The position numbers and the translations under genes are program-made. Below, piece after piece: positions 39,395-48,735 of a stretch of DNA of 64,000 nucleotides. The notes under the pieces were generated by a model, which worked only from the letters and a program-made list of their open reading frames with translations, had not been told where the DNA came from and did not search any database. Positions within the stretch are counted from its first letter, which is position 1; every line of letters begins with the position of its first letter. This DNA is from Pseudomonadota bacterium (GTDB lineage: Bacteria > Pseudomonadota > Gammaproteobacteria > Burkholderiales > Burkholderiaceae_C): NCBI GenBank assembly GCA_049322835.1, contig JBMOQN010000035.1, positions 125,816 through 189,815 of the forward strand, written 5' to 3'.

Positions 39395-39490
39395 GGTGGC
39401 GCTCAGGGGGGCGCGCCGCACAATCGTCCGCCTGGCCCGGCGCAGTTTCCTTCTCTCGGCCCGGCCCAACGATTGCCACAGGAGACCCCC

Positions 39491-41266
39491 GTGAAGCGAC
39501 ATTCCCTTGCCGCCGCCGCTGCGGCCGCATTCAGCGCAGCCTGCCTGATCGGCGGTGCGCCGACCGCCCTGGCCCACACCACCAGCGCCCACGACGCCCC
39601 CGAGACGGACCACCTCCTCGCCCAGGAGGAAAAGGCCGACAACTTCTACCGCGCCTACTTCCCTGATGCCAAGACCGGCCGCAAGGCCGCCATCACCTTC
39701 CACGGCCAGTTGCTGGAGTCGAACTGGAAGGGCGGCTACCTCGTGCTGCAGCTCGAGGCGGAAGACATCAAGGCCCTCGAAGGCTTCAAGTTCCGCGTCG
39801 TCAAGGACGATGAGTTCACCGCCCGCCATGCGGCGCTGGTGAAGCGGCTGCGCGCCGCAGGCGCGCCCAACCTGTTCGGCGCGGAGGGCGCCAAGCTGGC
39901 CGCCCGCGCCGCCGAGACTGGCGAGTCGATCCCCAACTACCCCTGCTACGAGACGGTGGAAGAGACCTTCGCCGCGGCACAGGGCTTCACCACCAGCCAC
40001 CCCAAGCTGGCCACGTGGACGCCGGTGGGCCAGAGCTGGCAGAAGACCCAGGGCAGCGGTGGCTATGACATCGCCGTGCTCAAGCTGACCAACGAGGACA
40101 CCACCGGCCCGAACGGCGAGGCCAAGCCGAAGCTGTTCATCAACGCCGCCATCCATGCGCGCGAATACGTCACCGCGCCGCTGGTGCTGGCCTTCGCCGG
40201 CGAGCTGCTGAACGGCTACGGCAAGAACGCCGATGCGACCTGGATCCTCGACCACCACGAAGTCCACCTGCTGTTGCAGCTGAACCCCGACGGCCGCAAG
40301 AAGGCCGAGGGCGGCCTGCTCTGGCGCAAGAACACCAACACCGCCTACTGCGGCGCCAACAGCAACGACCGTGGCGCCGACCTGAACCGCAACTTCACCT
40401 ACAGCTGGAACAAGACCAACGGCCAGGGCTCGAGCGGCAACCCATGCGCCGAGACCTACCGCGGCCCGGCGCCGAACTCCGAGCCCGAGACCGATGCCAT
40501 CGAGGGCTACGTCCGCAGCATCTTCCCGGACCGCCGCGGCCCGAACCAGAACGATGCTGCCCCGGCCGACACCGCGGGCATCCACCTCGACATCCACAGC
40601 TACAGCCAGCTGGTGCTCTGGCCCTGGGGCTTCACCAACCAGGCGGCGCCCAACGGCACCGCGCTGCAGACACTCGGCCGCCGCTTCGCCTACTTCAACA
40701 ACTACACGCCCGAGCAGTCGATCGGCCTGTACCCGACCGACGGCACCTCGGACAGCATCAGCTACGGCGAGCTGGGCGTGGCGGCCTACACCTTCGAGCT
40801 GGGCACCTCGTTCTTCCAGAGCTGCACCACCTACACCAACACCATCAAGCCGAACAACATGAAGGCCTTGTGGTACGCGGCGAAGGTGGTGCGCACGCCC
40901 TACCTGACCCCCGGCGGGCCGGACGTGACCAAGCTGAAGCTGAGCGCCAACGGCGTGCCGGCCGGCACGCCCGTAACGGTGACCGCGACGCTCTCCGACC
41001 TCAACTTCAACAACAGCAACGGCACCGAGCCGACGCAGAACATCGCGTCGGCGGAAGCCTTCATCGACGTGGCGCCGTGGATGCCTGGCGCGACACCGAT
41101 CGCGCTGAGCGCCAGCGACGGCTCGTTCAACGCGAAGACCGAGAAGGCCACGGCGACGCTGTCGACCACCGGCCTGTCCAAGGGCAAGCACCTCGTCTAC
41201 GTGCGCGGCAAGGACGCCAACGGCAGCACCGGCCCGGTGACCGCGGTGTTCCTGAAGATCAAGTGA
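39491..41266 (+). CDS. Secreted M14 zinc carboxypeptidase with C-terminal Ig-like domain
   Basis: Signal peptide; HARE, DLNRNF, DIHSYS, TFELG. Confidence 0.9.
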   Translation: MKRHSLAAAAAAAFSAACLIGGAPTALAHTTSAHDAPETDHLLAQEEKADNFYRAYFPDAKTGRKAAITFHGQLLESNWKGGYLVLQLEAEDIKALEGFKFRVVKDDEFTARHAALVKRLRAAGAPNLFGAEGAKLAARAAETGESIPNYPCYETVEETFAAAQGFTTSHPKLATWTPVGQSWQKTQGSGGYDIAVLKLTNEDTTGPNGEAKPKLFINAAIHAREYVTAPLVLAFAGELLNGYGKNADATWILDHHEVHLLLQLNPDGRKKAEGGLLWRKNTNTAYCGANSNDRGADLNRNFTYSWNKTNGQGSSGNPCAETYRGPAPNSEPETDAIEGYVRSIFPDRRGPNQNDAAPADTAGIHLDIHSYSQLVLWPWGFTNQAAPNGTALQTLGRRFAYFNNYTPEQSIGLYPTDGTSDSISYGELGVAAYTFELGTSFFQSCTTYTNTIKPNNMKALWYAAKVVRTPYLTPGGPDVTKLKLSANGVPAGTPVTVTATLSDLNFNNSNGTEPTQNIASAEAFIDVAPWMPGATPIALSASDGSFNAKTEKATATLSTTGLSKGKHLVYVRGKDANGSTGPVTAVFLKIK

Positions 41267-41278
41267 CAATGCGGCCCC

Positions 41279-41962
41279 ATGGGGGCCCCACCGCTTGATG
41301 TCGTTGGCCACGCCAGGGTGGCTGCGCGAGCAGCCGCCTGTGGCGGCCTGCTCGCCGCGGCGGCCGCAGCCGGTGCGGTGTCGCTGGAAAGCCTTCAGCA
41401 GTGCGGCGCCGATGCGGCCTGCCTGGCCCAGCTCGAATCGGCGGCCCTGCGTGAGAGCGCAGGCACCGCGCGACGCGAAGGAGCGCTGCTGGTCCTGCGC
41501 TTCGGCCTGCACCCGGAGGCCCGCTTCCTCGACCAGCCCCCCCTGGCCCATCGCTACCTGGGTCGGCTCGATGGCGTGCTGTTGCATGTGGTGCGGGCTT
41601 CGCAGCCCCAGCAACTGCCGTCCTACTGGTTGGTGGGCGAAAGTGCCCAGCAGCCGCTGAAGGTCGAGGCCCTGCCGGTGGCCGGGCCGGGTGGCCGGCA
41701 CTTCGTGGTCGTCAGCGGCAACGAGGTGGCGCTGTACCAGCGCTCCGGTGCGCGCTGGTCACTGCAGTACCGCTTCGACGCGCCGCAGGGGCTGAGCTGG
41801 GCTGTCAAAGGCTGGCGCTCGGACGCAGCCGCCGTGAGGCTGGAGTGGTTGTGGCCCGACGCCCCCGCGGCCTGCGCCGGCCAGGCGGCCCAAGGGCAAC
41901 TGCAACTGCGCGACGGCCCTTATGGCTGGGACATGGTCCCGCTGCCGCCGCGGCGCTGCTGA
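41279..41962 (+). CDS. Hypothetical exported protein (start uncertain)
   Basis: ORF fills the gap before gspC; Ala-rich leader. Confidence 0.55.
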   Translation: MGAPPLDVVGHARVAARAAACGGLLAAAAAAGAVSLESLQQCGADAACLAQLESAALRESAGTARREGALLVLRFGLHPEARFLDQPPLAHRYLGRLDGVLLHVVRASQPQQLPSYWLVGESAQQPLKVEALPVAGPGGRHFVVVSGNEVALYQRSGARWSLQYRFDAPQGLSWAVKGWRSDAAAVRLEWLWPDAPAACAGQAAQGQLQLRDGPYGWDMVPLPPRRC

Positions 41963-41973
41963 GCGCCGCGGCG

Positions 41974-42597
41974 CTACTCGTCTTCTTCCGGCTCTTCGTC
42001 TTCCTGGTCCGCTGCGCCCGCACGCTGAACCGGCTGGGCCGCCGGCGCGGCCGGGTGCATGTTGGGCGGAGTCGGCTGGGCCCCCTGCGGCATCATCGGC
42101 ACCGTGCGACCAAAAGCGCCGGGTGCGGGGCCTGCGGGCGGTCGGCCCCCCCCGGTGGCCGCTGCGTCCGGGTCGGGCAGCGTCAGTTCAGCCGTGGGCG
42201 GCCCGCCGCGAGGGCCCAGTTGCACCGAGCGCGGGCCAACCGCCAACAGTACCGTCTCGCCGTCGATGGCCGCCCCCTGACGCCAGGCCTTGGGCGGCTG
42301 GTCGCCGATGGCGATCAGCGCCACGCCCTGCGGCGAATGGCTGGCGCCGCGGGGCGCGACCACACCAAGCAGGTGGAAGCGGTCGCTGGCGTCGGCCAGT
42401 TCATCCTCGTCGTCCTCGCTCGCGGTCTCGGAGCCACCCAGCAGGCGACGCAGCTCGCCGCCCATGGCCAGCGTGCGGGCCGGTGCCTGAGCCGTGGCGG
42501 GCACGCCGGTTCGGGGAGCGAAGACCTTCAGGCCCCAAAAAACCGCGCTGGCGAGAACCAGGGCCCAGAGGGTCAGCGTTAACAATCGCGATGCCAT
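41974..42597 (-). CDS. gspC: T2SS protein C (short, no PDZ), divergent from gspG
   Basis: N-terminal TM, FHLLGVVA...ALIAIGDQP; position next to the gsp operon. Confidence 0.75.
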   Translation of the reverse strand: MASRLLTLTLWALVLASAVFWGLKVFAPRTGVPATAQAPARTLAMGGELRRLLGGSETASEDDEDELADASDRFHLLGVVAPRGASHSPQGVALIAIGDQPPKAWRQGAAIDGETVLLAVGPRSVQLGPRGGPPTAELTLPDPDAAATGGGRPPAGPAPGAFGRTVPMMPQGAQPTPPNMHPAAPAAQPVQRAGAADQEDEEPEEDE

Positions 42598-42657
42598 CCG
42601 ACGATTATGATTCATGCCACTTATTGCACAGAGGGCTTCACAAGCCGCCTCCCCATC

Positions 42658-43107
42658 ATGAGTGCTTCGCATCGTTTCGCCACCCTCGCCCGCCGTGGCG
42701 CCCAAGCCGGCTTCACGCTCATCGAGATCATGGTCGTCGTCGTGATCATCGGCGTGCTGGGCGCGCTGATCGTGCCCGGTGTGCTCGAGAACGCCGAGAA
42801 GGCCAAGGGCACCGCCGCCCGTGCCGACGTGAGCAACATCATGCAGGCGCTGAAGCTCTACAAGCTGGAGAACAACCGCTTCCCGACCGCGGAACAAGGC
42901 CTCGTGGCGCTGGTGCAGCGCCCGACCGTCGGCCAGATCCCTCCGAACTGGCGCGTCTACATCGAGAAGCTGCCGAACGACCCCTGGGGCAACGCCTACC
43001 AATACGCCAACCCCGGCGTGAAGGGTGAGATCGACGTGTTCAGCTATGGTGCGGACGGCCAGCCCGGCGGCGAGGGCAAGGACGCCGAGATTGGCTCCTG
43101 GCAGTAA
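42658..43107 (+). CDS. gspG: T2SS major pseudopilin
   Basis: GFTLIEIMVV, LKLYKLEN, DPWGNAYQY, SYGADG. Confidence 0.95.
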   Translation: MSASHRFATLARRGAQAGFTLIEIMVVVVIIGVLGALIVPGVLENAEKAKGTAARADVSNIMQALKLYKLENNRFPTAEQGLVALVQRPTVGQIPPNWRVYIEKLPNDPWGNAYQYANPGVKGEIDVFSYGADGQPGGEGKDAEIGSWQ

Positions 43108-43132
43108 CCGGGAAGCCAGCAGGTTGGCCACT

Positions 43133-43594
43133 GTGCCGTTCACCGCACGGCACGCTCCACGCCGCTCGCGCGGCTTCACGCTGCTGGAGCTGATGGTGGT
43201 GGTGACGCTGATCGCGATCGCCACCGCGACCGCCACACTCGCGCTGCGCGACGCCGACGCGAGCCGCCTGGAAGAGGAAGCCGCCCGCCTGAGCGCCGTC
43301 TTCGAGGGCGCGCGAGCGCGTGCCCGCGCCGAGGGCCTGGAGCTGATGTGGCAGCCCGGCAAGGAGCCCGGCAGCGGCTTCACCTTCATCGGCATGCCGC
43401 CCGAGGCCCAGATGCCCGACAAGTGGCTCGATGAGCGCACCCGCGGCGAGATCGTCGGCTCCCCGGTGCTGCGGCTCGGGCCCGAGCCAGTGATCGGCGC
43501 CCAGCGCGTGGTGCTGCGCATCGAGGACCGGCAGATCGTGCTCGCCACCGACGGCATGAGCCCCTTCGTCGTCGTGTTCCCCGAGCAACCATGA
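43133..43594 (+). CDS. gspH: T2SS minor pseudopilin H
   Basis: GFTLLELMVV; order in operon. Confidence 0.88.
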   Translation: MPFTARHAPRRSRGFTLLELMVVVTLIAIATATATLALRDADASRLEEEAARLSAVFEGARARARAEGLELMWQPGKEPGSGFTFIGMPPEAQMPDKWLDERTRGEIVGSPVLRLGPEPVIGAQRVVLRIEDRQIVLATDGMSPFVVVFPEQP

Positions 43595-44055
43595 ACATCG
43601 CCGGCTGCCTGCGTGCATTGGCGGGTCGGGCGCGGGGCCGCTCCCGAGCCCGAGCCCGCCCGGCCCACCTCGGGGGGGCGATCGGCGCATACCCAAAGCA
43701 GCGGGCCGACGGGTTCACGCTGGTCGAGGTGCTGGTCGCCATCGCCATCGTGGCGATCGCGCTGGCGGCCGGCAGCCGCGCCGCCGGCACGCTGCTCGAC
43801 AACTCGCAGCGCATGTCCGACGTGGCACTGGCCCAGTGGTGCGCCGACAACCGCCTGGTCAACATGAAGCTGGCCAAGCAGTTCCCCGACGTCGGCGAGA
43901 CCAGCTTCGACTGCACCGAGCTGGGCCGCACCTACACCGTCACGATGGCGGTGCGCGCGTCCTTCAACCCGAACTTTCGCGTCGTCGACACCAGCGTGAA
44001 GGACGCCTCCAGCGTGCCGCTGATCCGCATGAGCGTGATCCTCCCGCGCTACTGA
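43591..44055 (+). CDS. gspI: T2SS minor pseudopilin I (extended leader)
   Basis: GFTLVEVLVA, AQWCADN, NPNFRVV. Confidence 0.9.
   Translation: MNIAGCLRALAGRARGRSRARARPAHLGGAIGAYPKQRADGFTLVEVLVAIAIVAIALAAGSRAAGTLLDNSQRMSDVALAQWCADNRLVNMKLAKQFPDVGETSFDCTELGRTYTVTMAVRASFNPNFRVVDTSVKDASSVPLIRMSVILPRY
43627..43690. repeat. GC-rich palindromic miniature element in the gspI leader
   Basis: Core CCCACCTCGGGGGGGCG shared with CCCCCTCGGGGGGCG at about 63272. Confidence 0.45.
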
Positions 44056-44059
44056 AGCC

Positions 44060-44677
44060 ATGGCGCCGTATCCACCGCCCCGTCGTCCCGCCGGCTTCAC
44101 GCTGGTCGAAGTGCTGGTGGCGCTGACCATCATGGCGGTGCTCGCGACCATGGCCTGGCAGGGCATCGACGGGCTGATCCGTGCCCGGGAGGGGGCACAA
44201 CGCGCCGGAGAGACAGCACTGCGCCTGGGCACGGTGCTGGCGCAATGGGAGCAGGACCTGTCTCAGCTTCAGCAGAGCTCGGCCGCGCCGGGGCTCAAGT
44301 TCGACGGCGCGTCGCTCCGGCTCACCCGCCGCGTGCCCAACGGCATCCAGCTCGTCGTCTGGACACTGCAGGACAAGCGCTGGTACCGCTGGGCCGCGCC
44401 GCCCGTCACCCGCATCCAGGACTTGCAGGAGTGGTGGATCCGCAGCCAGCAGTGGTCGGCCATTCAGGGCGACGCGCTGCGCATGCTCGATGACGTGGAC
44501 AGCCAGCAGATCTACTTCTTCCGCGGCAACAGCTGGAGCAACGCGCAATCCACCGGCGACTTCGAGACCGACCAGATCGGCGGCGAGAACGAAGTGCTGC
44601 CCACCGGCATCCGCCTCATGCTCAACCTGCCGGCCGGCGTGCTGACGCGCGATCTGATGGTGAGGCCATCGCAGTGA
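44060..44677 (+). CDS. gspJ: T2SS minor pseudopilin J
   Basis: GFTLVEVLVAL, WSNAQS, LPTGIRL. Confidence 0.9.
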   Translation: MAPYPPPRRPAGFTLVEVLVALTIMAVLATMAWQGIDGLIRAREGAQRAGETALRLGTVLAQWEQDLSQLQQSSAAPGLKFDGASLRLTRRVPNGIQLVVWTLQDKRWYRWAAPPVTRIQDLQEWWIRSQQWSAIQGDALRMLDDVDSQQIYFFRGNSWSNAQSTGDFETDQIGGENEVLPTGIRLMLNLPAGVLTRDLMVRPSQ

Positions 44678-45687
44678 AGCGCCTTCGAATCCATCGCCGC
44701 GCTCAGCATGGCGCCGCGCTGCTGCTGGCGATGCTGATCGTGACCCTCGTCGCCACGCTGGCGGCCGGCATGGTCTGGCAGCAGTGGAAAGGCATCGAGG
44801 TCGAGATCGCCGAGCGTGCGCGCGGCCAGGCCACCTGGCTGATCGAGGGCGCCACCGACTGGGCCCGGCTGATCCTGCGCACCGATTCGCAGGACAAGGA
44901 GCGTCCCAACGTCGACACGCTCAACGAGCCCTGGAACACGCCGCTGAAGGACGTGAAGCTGTCGGACTTCCTCGCCGCCGACAAGAACAACACCGCCGAC
45001 TCGGGCCTGGAGGCCTTTCTGTCGGGCCAGATCACCGATGCGCAAGCCCGCTTCAACCTGCGCAACCTGCTCGACGACGAGGAGGGTGAAACCGGTGGTG
45101 CCAAGCACCTCGGCGCGCTGCGGCGCCTGTGCGAGGCCCTCGGCCTGCCGCCCGAGACCGCCACCCGCATCGCCGATGGCATGAAGGGCGCCGACCTTGC
45201 CGAAGACCAGCTCGATGACGAAGAGCCCGTTTCGCCCGGCGCGCCGCTGCCACCGCAACGCGTCAAGCAGCTGACCTGGTTCGGGCTCGATGCCGACGCG
45301 GTGCGCCGCCTCGACCCCTATGTGGTGATCCTGCCTGAGTCCACGCCGGTCAACCTGCTCACCGCACCGCCCGAGGTGCTCAGCGCCGTGCTGATCGGCC
45401 TCGACCGTGGCAGCGCCGAGCGCTTCGCACAGAAGCGCCTGACGGCGGACGTGCGCACGTTGAACGACCTCAAGCCGCTGCTGCCCGAGCGGGTGCACGA
45501 GCAGTTGAACGAAGCCGCCACCGTGGCCATCCAATCGAAGTACTTCGAGATCCTCGGCGAACTGCGCTATGAAAGCTTCCGCCTGCGCGAGCTCAGCATG
45601 GTGCGGCGCATCAACCAGGACGTGACCGTCATCCGCCGCGAAAGGCTCCCCCATGAATCACAATCGGGCGCCCCGGGGAGCCCATGA
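44674..45687 (+). CDS. gspK: T2SS minor pseudopilin K
   Basis: GAALLLAM, DAQARFNLRNL, TPVNLLTAP. Confidence 0.92.
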   Translation: MKRLRIHRRAQHGAALLLAMLIVTLVATLAAGMVWQQWKGIEVEIAERARGQATWLIEGATDWARLILRTDSQDKERPNVDTLNEPWNTPLKDVKLSDFLAADKNNTADSGLEAFLSGQITDAQARFNLRNLLDDEEGETGGAKHLGALRRLCEALGLPPETATRIADGMKGADLAEDQLDDEEPVSPGAPLPPQRVKQLTWFGLDADAVRRLDPYVVILPESTPVNLLTAPPEVLSAVLIGLDRGSAERFAQKRLTADVRTLNDLKPLLPERVHEQLNEAATVAIQSKYFEILGELRYESFRLRELSMVRRINQDVTVIRRERLPHESQSGAPGSP

Positions 45688-45748
45688 CACCCACGCCACA
45701 ATAGCGCTCGCCGTTTTGCGCCCCTTGCCCTGAAGCCGCCGGAATGAA

Positions 45749-45818
45749 ACCCCTACGCTCACTTCGTTCACTGCCCTCCCCGGAGGCAGCCAGCCGCTTC
45801 GGAACGGCCGGGCGGAAC
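45749..45818 (+). repeat. Intergenic degenerate copy of the miniature element
   Basis: ACCCCTACGCTCACTTCGTTCACTGCCCTCCCGGAGGC resembles ACCCCCACGCTCCCGCTGGTCGCCGCCCCCCGAGGGGGC (63309 downwards, minus strand). Confidence 0.45.
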
Positions 45819-45830
45819 TGACAAACTGAC

Positions 45831-47315
45831 ATGTCGACACTGATCGTTGCCCTGCCCGTGCCGCCCCGCCTTTCGTCGCAAGGGGCCGCGGGTGTTGCAC
45901 TGGCGCCGGCGGAATACGACTATGTGCTCAGCGGCAGCGACGCCGCCGCCCGGCTGCAGGCCGGGCGCGCGCCTGCCACCTTGCTGCCAGCCGCGCAACA
46001 GGTCGTCGCGGTGGTGCCGGCCCATGGTGTCGGCTGGCATCGCGTCGCGCTGCCCAAGGCGCCGGCCACCAAGCTGCGAGCCGCACTGGCCGGCATGCTC
46101 GAAGACGTGCTGCTGGAGGACGACGCCGAGCTGCACCTCGCCCTCGCGCCGCAGGCCAAGGCGGGCGAGCAGGTCTGGGTGGCCGCGGTGAACAAGGCCT
46201 GGCTCAAGGCCCAGATCGACGCCCTCGAAGCCGACGGCCGCACGGTGCACCGCATCGCGCCCGCCTGGCCGCCCGACGATGCCCCCGCCGGCCACTTCTT
46301 CCCCGGTGACGCGTTGCCCGAAGGCCACGACGCGGGGCCGCAGCTCGCCTGGCGCGATGCCCATGGCCCGCTGTGCCTGCCCGCCGCCAGCGACGCCGCG
46401 CGCACACTCATCGCCCAGCTTGGGCCGGAGGTGCCGGTGCGCTGGACAGCCGAGCCCGAGTGCGCCGCCGACGCCGTGCGCCTGGCGGGCGGCAACGTGG
46501 CCGCGCTGTCGGCCAGCGAGTTCCTGTTCAATGCCGCGCGCAGCGAGTGGAACCTGCGCCAGTTCGATCTCACCCCTCAGCGCCGGGGCAGCCGCGCCGC
46601 GAAGGAGGGGCTGCAGCAGCTGTGGAGCGCCCCCGCCTGGCGACCGGCGCGTTTCGGCATCGCCGCGCTGCTGCTGCTCAACCTGGTCGGCGTGAACGTC
46701 TGGGCCTGGCAGCAGAACCAGGCCGTGAAGAAGCAGAAGGCCGCGATGACGGGCCTGCTGCAGACCACCTTCCCGCAGGTGCGGGCCGTGATCGACGCGC
46801 CGGGCCAGATGCAGAAGGAGGTCGACCTGCTGCGCGCCTCGGCAGGGAAGCCGGGCGAGGCCGATCTGGAGCCGCTGATGTACGCCGCCGAGGCCGCCTG
46901 GCCACCCTCGCGGGCGCCGGCAGATGGGCTGAAGTACGAACCCGGCTTGCTCACCATCAGCAGCGCAGGCTGGAGCCCGCAGGAGGTCGAGGCCTTTCGT
47001 GGCCGGCTGGCCCCGCTGGGCTACGACGCCGAGTCGGTGCCCGGCCGCTTGACACTCAAACGCGCCCGCCCGCTGCCCGGCGGCGGCCCCCTTGCCGCCC
47101 CCGCAGGCGCCCCGGGCCCGGCCGGGCAGGCCATGCCCCCCGCTGCGCAGCCACGGCCGACACCGCAGACGGGCGGCCTGGGCCCGGCCCCCACGCGCCC
47201 GCTGCCGGCCGCCCAGCCGGTGCCGCAGGCACCGCCGCCGGCGGCCCAGGCCGAGCAGCCGCACCGCATGCCGGGCCAGTCACCCACCGGCGTCAACAAC
47301 AACGCCGAGATGTGA
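45831..47315 (+). CDS. gspL: T2SS protein L with Pro-rich C-terminal tail
   Basis: LEDVLLEDDAELHLAL, WNLRQFDL, TM, QMQKEV. Confidence 0.9.
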   Translation: MSTLIVALPVPPRLSSQGAAGVALAPAEYDYVLSGSDAAARLQAGRAPATLLPAAQQVVAVVPAHGVGWHRVALPKAPATKLRAALAGMLEDVLLEDDAELHLALAPQAKAGEQVWVAAVNKAWLKAQIDALEADGRTVHRIAPAWPPDDAPAGHFFPGDALPEGHDAGPQLAWRDAHGPLCLPAASDAARTLIAQLGPEVPVRWTAEPECAADAVRLAGGNVAALSASEFLFNAARSEWNLRQFDLTPQRRGSRAAKEGLQQLWSAPAWRPARFGIAALLLLNLVGVNVWAWQQNQAVKKQKAAMTGLLQTTFPQVRAVIDAPGQMQKEVDLLRASAGKPGEADLEPLMYAAEAAWPPSRAPADGLKYEPGLLTISSAGWSPQEVEAFRGRLAPLGYDAESVPGRLTLKRARPLPGGGPLAAPAGAPGPAGQAMPPAAQPRPTPQTGGLGPAPTRPLPAAQPVPQAPPPAAQAEQPHRMPGQSPTGVNNNAEM

Positions 47316-47325
47316 GCCCGCCGCG

Positions 47326-47808
47326 ATGAAGACGACACAAGAACTGCGCCAGCGCTGGGCCGGGATGGCACCGCGGGAGCGCGCCATGGTGGCTGTCGCC
47401 GGCGCCGCGGTGGCCTTGTTGCTGCTGTGGCAAGTGGGCCTGTCCCACGCCTGGAGCACCTGGAAGACGGCGCCAGCCGAGCGGCGCGCCCTCGAGGTGG
47501 AGTGGATGCAGATGCAGCGGCTGGCCAGCGAAGCGCGCGACCTGAAGGCCCAGCCCCCGGTCAACGCCACCCAGGCCGCCGAGGCGCTGAAGTCAGCGAC
47601 CGAGCGCCTCGGGGCGGCAGGCAAGATCAACCAGATCGGCGACCGCGCCACGCTGACACTGACGGGCGCCTCGCCCGAACAGCTGCGCACCTGGCTGGCC
47701 GAGGCCCGCAGCGGCGCGCGAGCACGGCCGGTCGAGATGCAGGTGACCCGCGCCAACGGTGGCCTTTCGGGTCAGGTGGTGCTCACCCTGGCGGGCGGAG
47801 CCCCCTGA
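47326..47808 (+). CDS. gspM: T2SS protein M
   Basis: WAGMAPRER followed by TM; position in operon. Confidence 0.88.
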   Translation: MKTTQELRQRWAGMAPRERAMVAVAGAAVALLLLWQVGLSHAWSTWKTAPAERRALEVEWMQMQRLASEARDLKAQPPVNATQAAEALKSATERLGAAGKINQIGDRATLTLTGASPEQLRTWLAEARSGARARPVEMQVTRANGGLSGQVVLTLAGGAP

Positions 47809-47827
47809 GTCGGCGCGCAACACGAGC

Positions 47828-48733
47828 ATGGTCAAGCCCCCCGCCCGCACCGGTTGGAGCCTGTCGACCTTCGACGACAGCATCCTGATGGGTCTGCGTC
47901 GCACGGCGAGTCGGCTGCCGCGCGTGGCCACCCCGCGGGTCGGCCGCTGGGCGGTCGCCGGGGGCGTGGTCGGCGCGGCCTGCGCGCTGGTGGCCTTCGC
48001 ACCCGCCGCATGGCTGGCCAGCGCCGTCGCCAGCGCTTCCGACGGTCGGCTGCTGCTGGCCGAGGCGGAGGGCAGCATCTGGCGCGGCAGCGCACTCGCC
48101 GTACTGACCGGCGGCCCGGGCAGCAAGGACGCCACCGTGCTGCCTTCACGGCTCGACTGGTCGCTCTCGCCCACTTTCAGCGGCCTGCGCCTGAAGCTGG
48201 CCCAAGGCTGTTGCATCGAGCCCGGGCTGACGCTGGAATGGCGCCCGGGCTGGAACCGCACCACGGTCATCGTCTCGCCCGGCGCTGCCGACGGCGGCGT
48301 GGGCCACTGGCCCGCAGCCTGGCTGGAGGGCCTGGGCGCACCCTGGAACACCCTGCGCCCCGGCGGCCAGCTGCGCCTGGCGACCCATGGCCTGAGCCTG
48401 GAGTCGCGCAGCGGTCGCTGGCAGGTGCAGGGCCGAGCCGACCTGGACTGGCTGCAGGCTTCGTCTCGCCTGTCCACGCTCGAAGCACTCGGCAGCTACC
48501 GCATCGGCCTGGCCGGGGCGGCAGCTGCCGAGGGCAGCGCAACCCGGCCGGCCATCACGTTGCAGACCTTGGAAGGCGCCCTGCAGCTCAACGGCAGCGG
48601 CCAATGGGGCGAGCGGGGGCTGAAATTCACCGGCGACGCGCGCGCGGCGCCCGGCTTCGAGCCGGCCTTGAACAACTTGCTGAACATCATCGGACGGCGC
48701 AACGGCGCCTCGTCCGTCATTTCGATCGGGTGA
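47828..48733 (+). CDS. gspN: T2SS protein N
   Basis: APAAWL, GSIWRGS, LGSYR, LNNLLNIIGRR. Confidence 0.88.
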   Translation: MVKPPARTGWSLSTFDDSILMGLRRTASRLPRVATPRVGRWAVAGGVVGAACALVAFAPAAWLASAVASASDGRLLLAEAEGSIWRGSALAVLTGGPGSKDATVLPSRLDWSLSPTFSGLRLKLAQGCCIEPGLTLEWRPGWNRTTVIVSPGAADGGVGHWPAAWLEGLGAPWNTLRPGGQLRLATHGLSLESRSGRWQVQGRADLDWLQASSRLSTLEALGSYRIGLAGAAAAEGSATRPAITLQTLEGALQLNGSGQWGERGLKFTGDARAAPGFEPALNNLLNIIGRRNGASSVISIG

Positions 48734-48735
48734 CC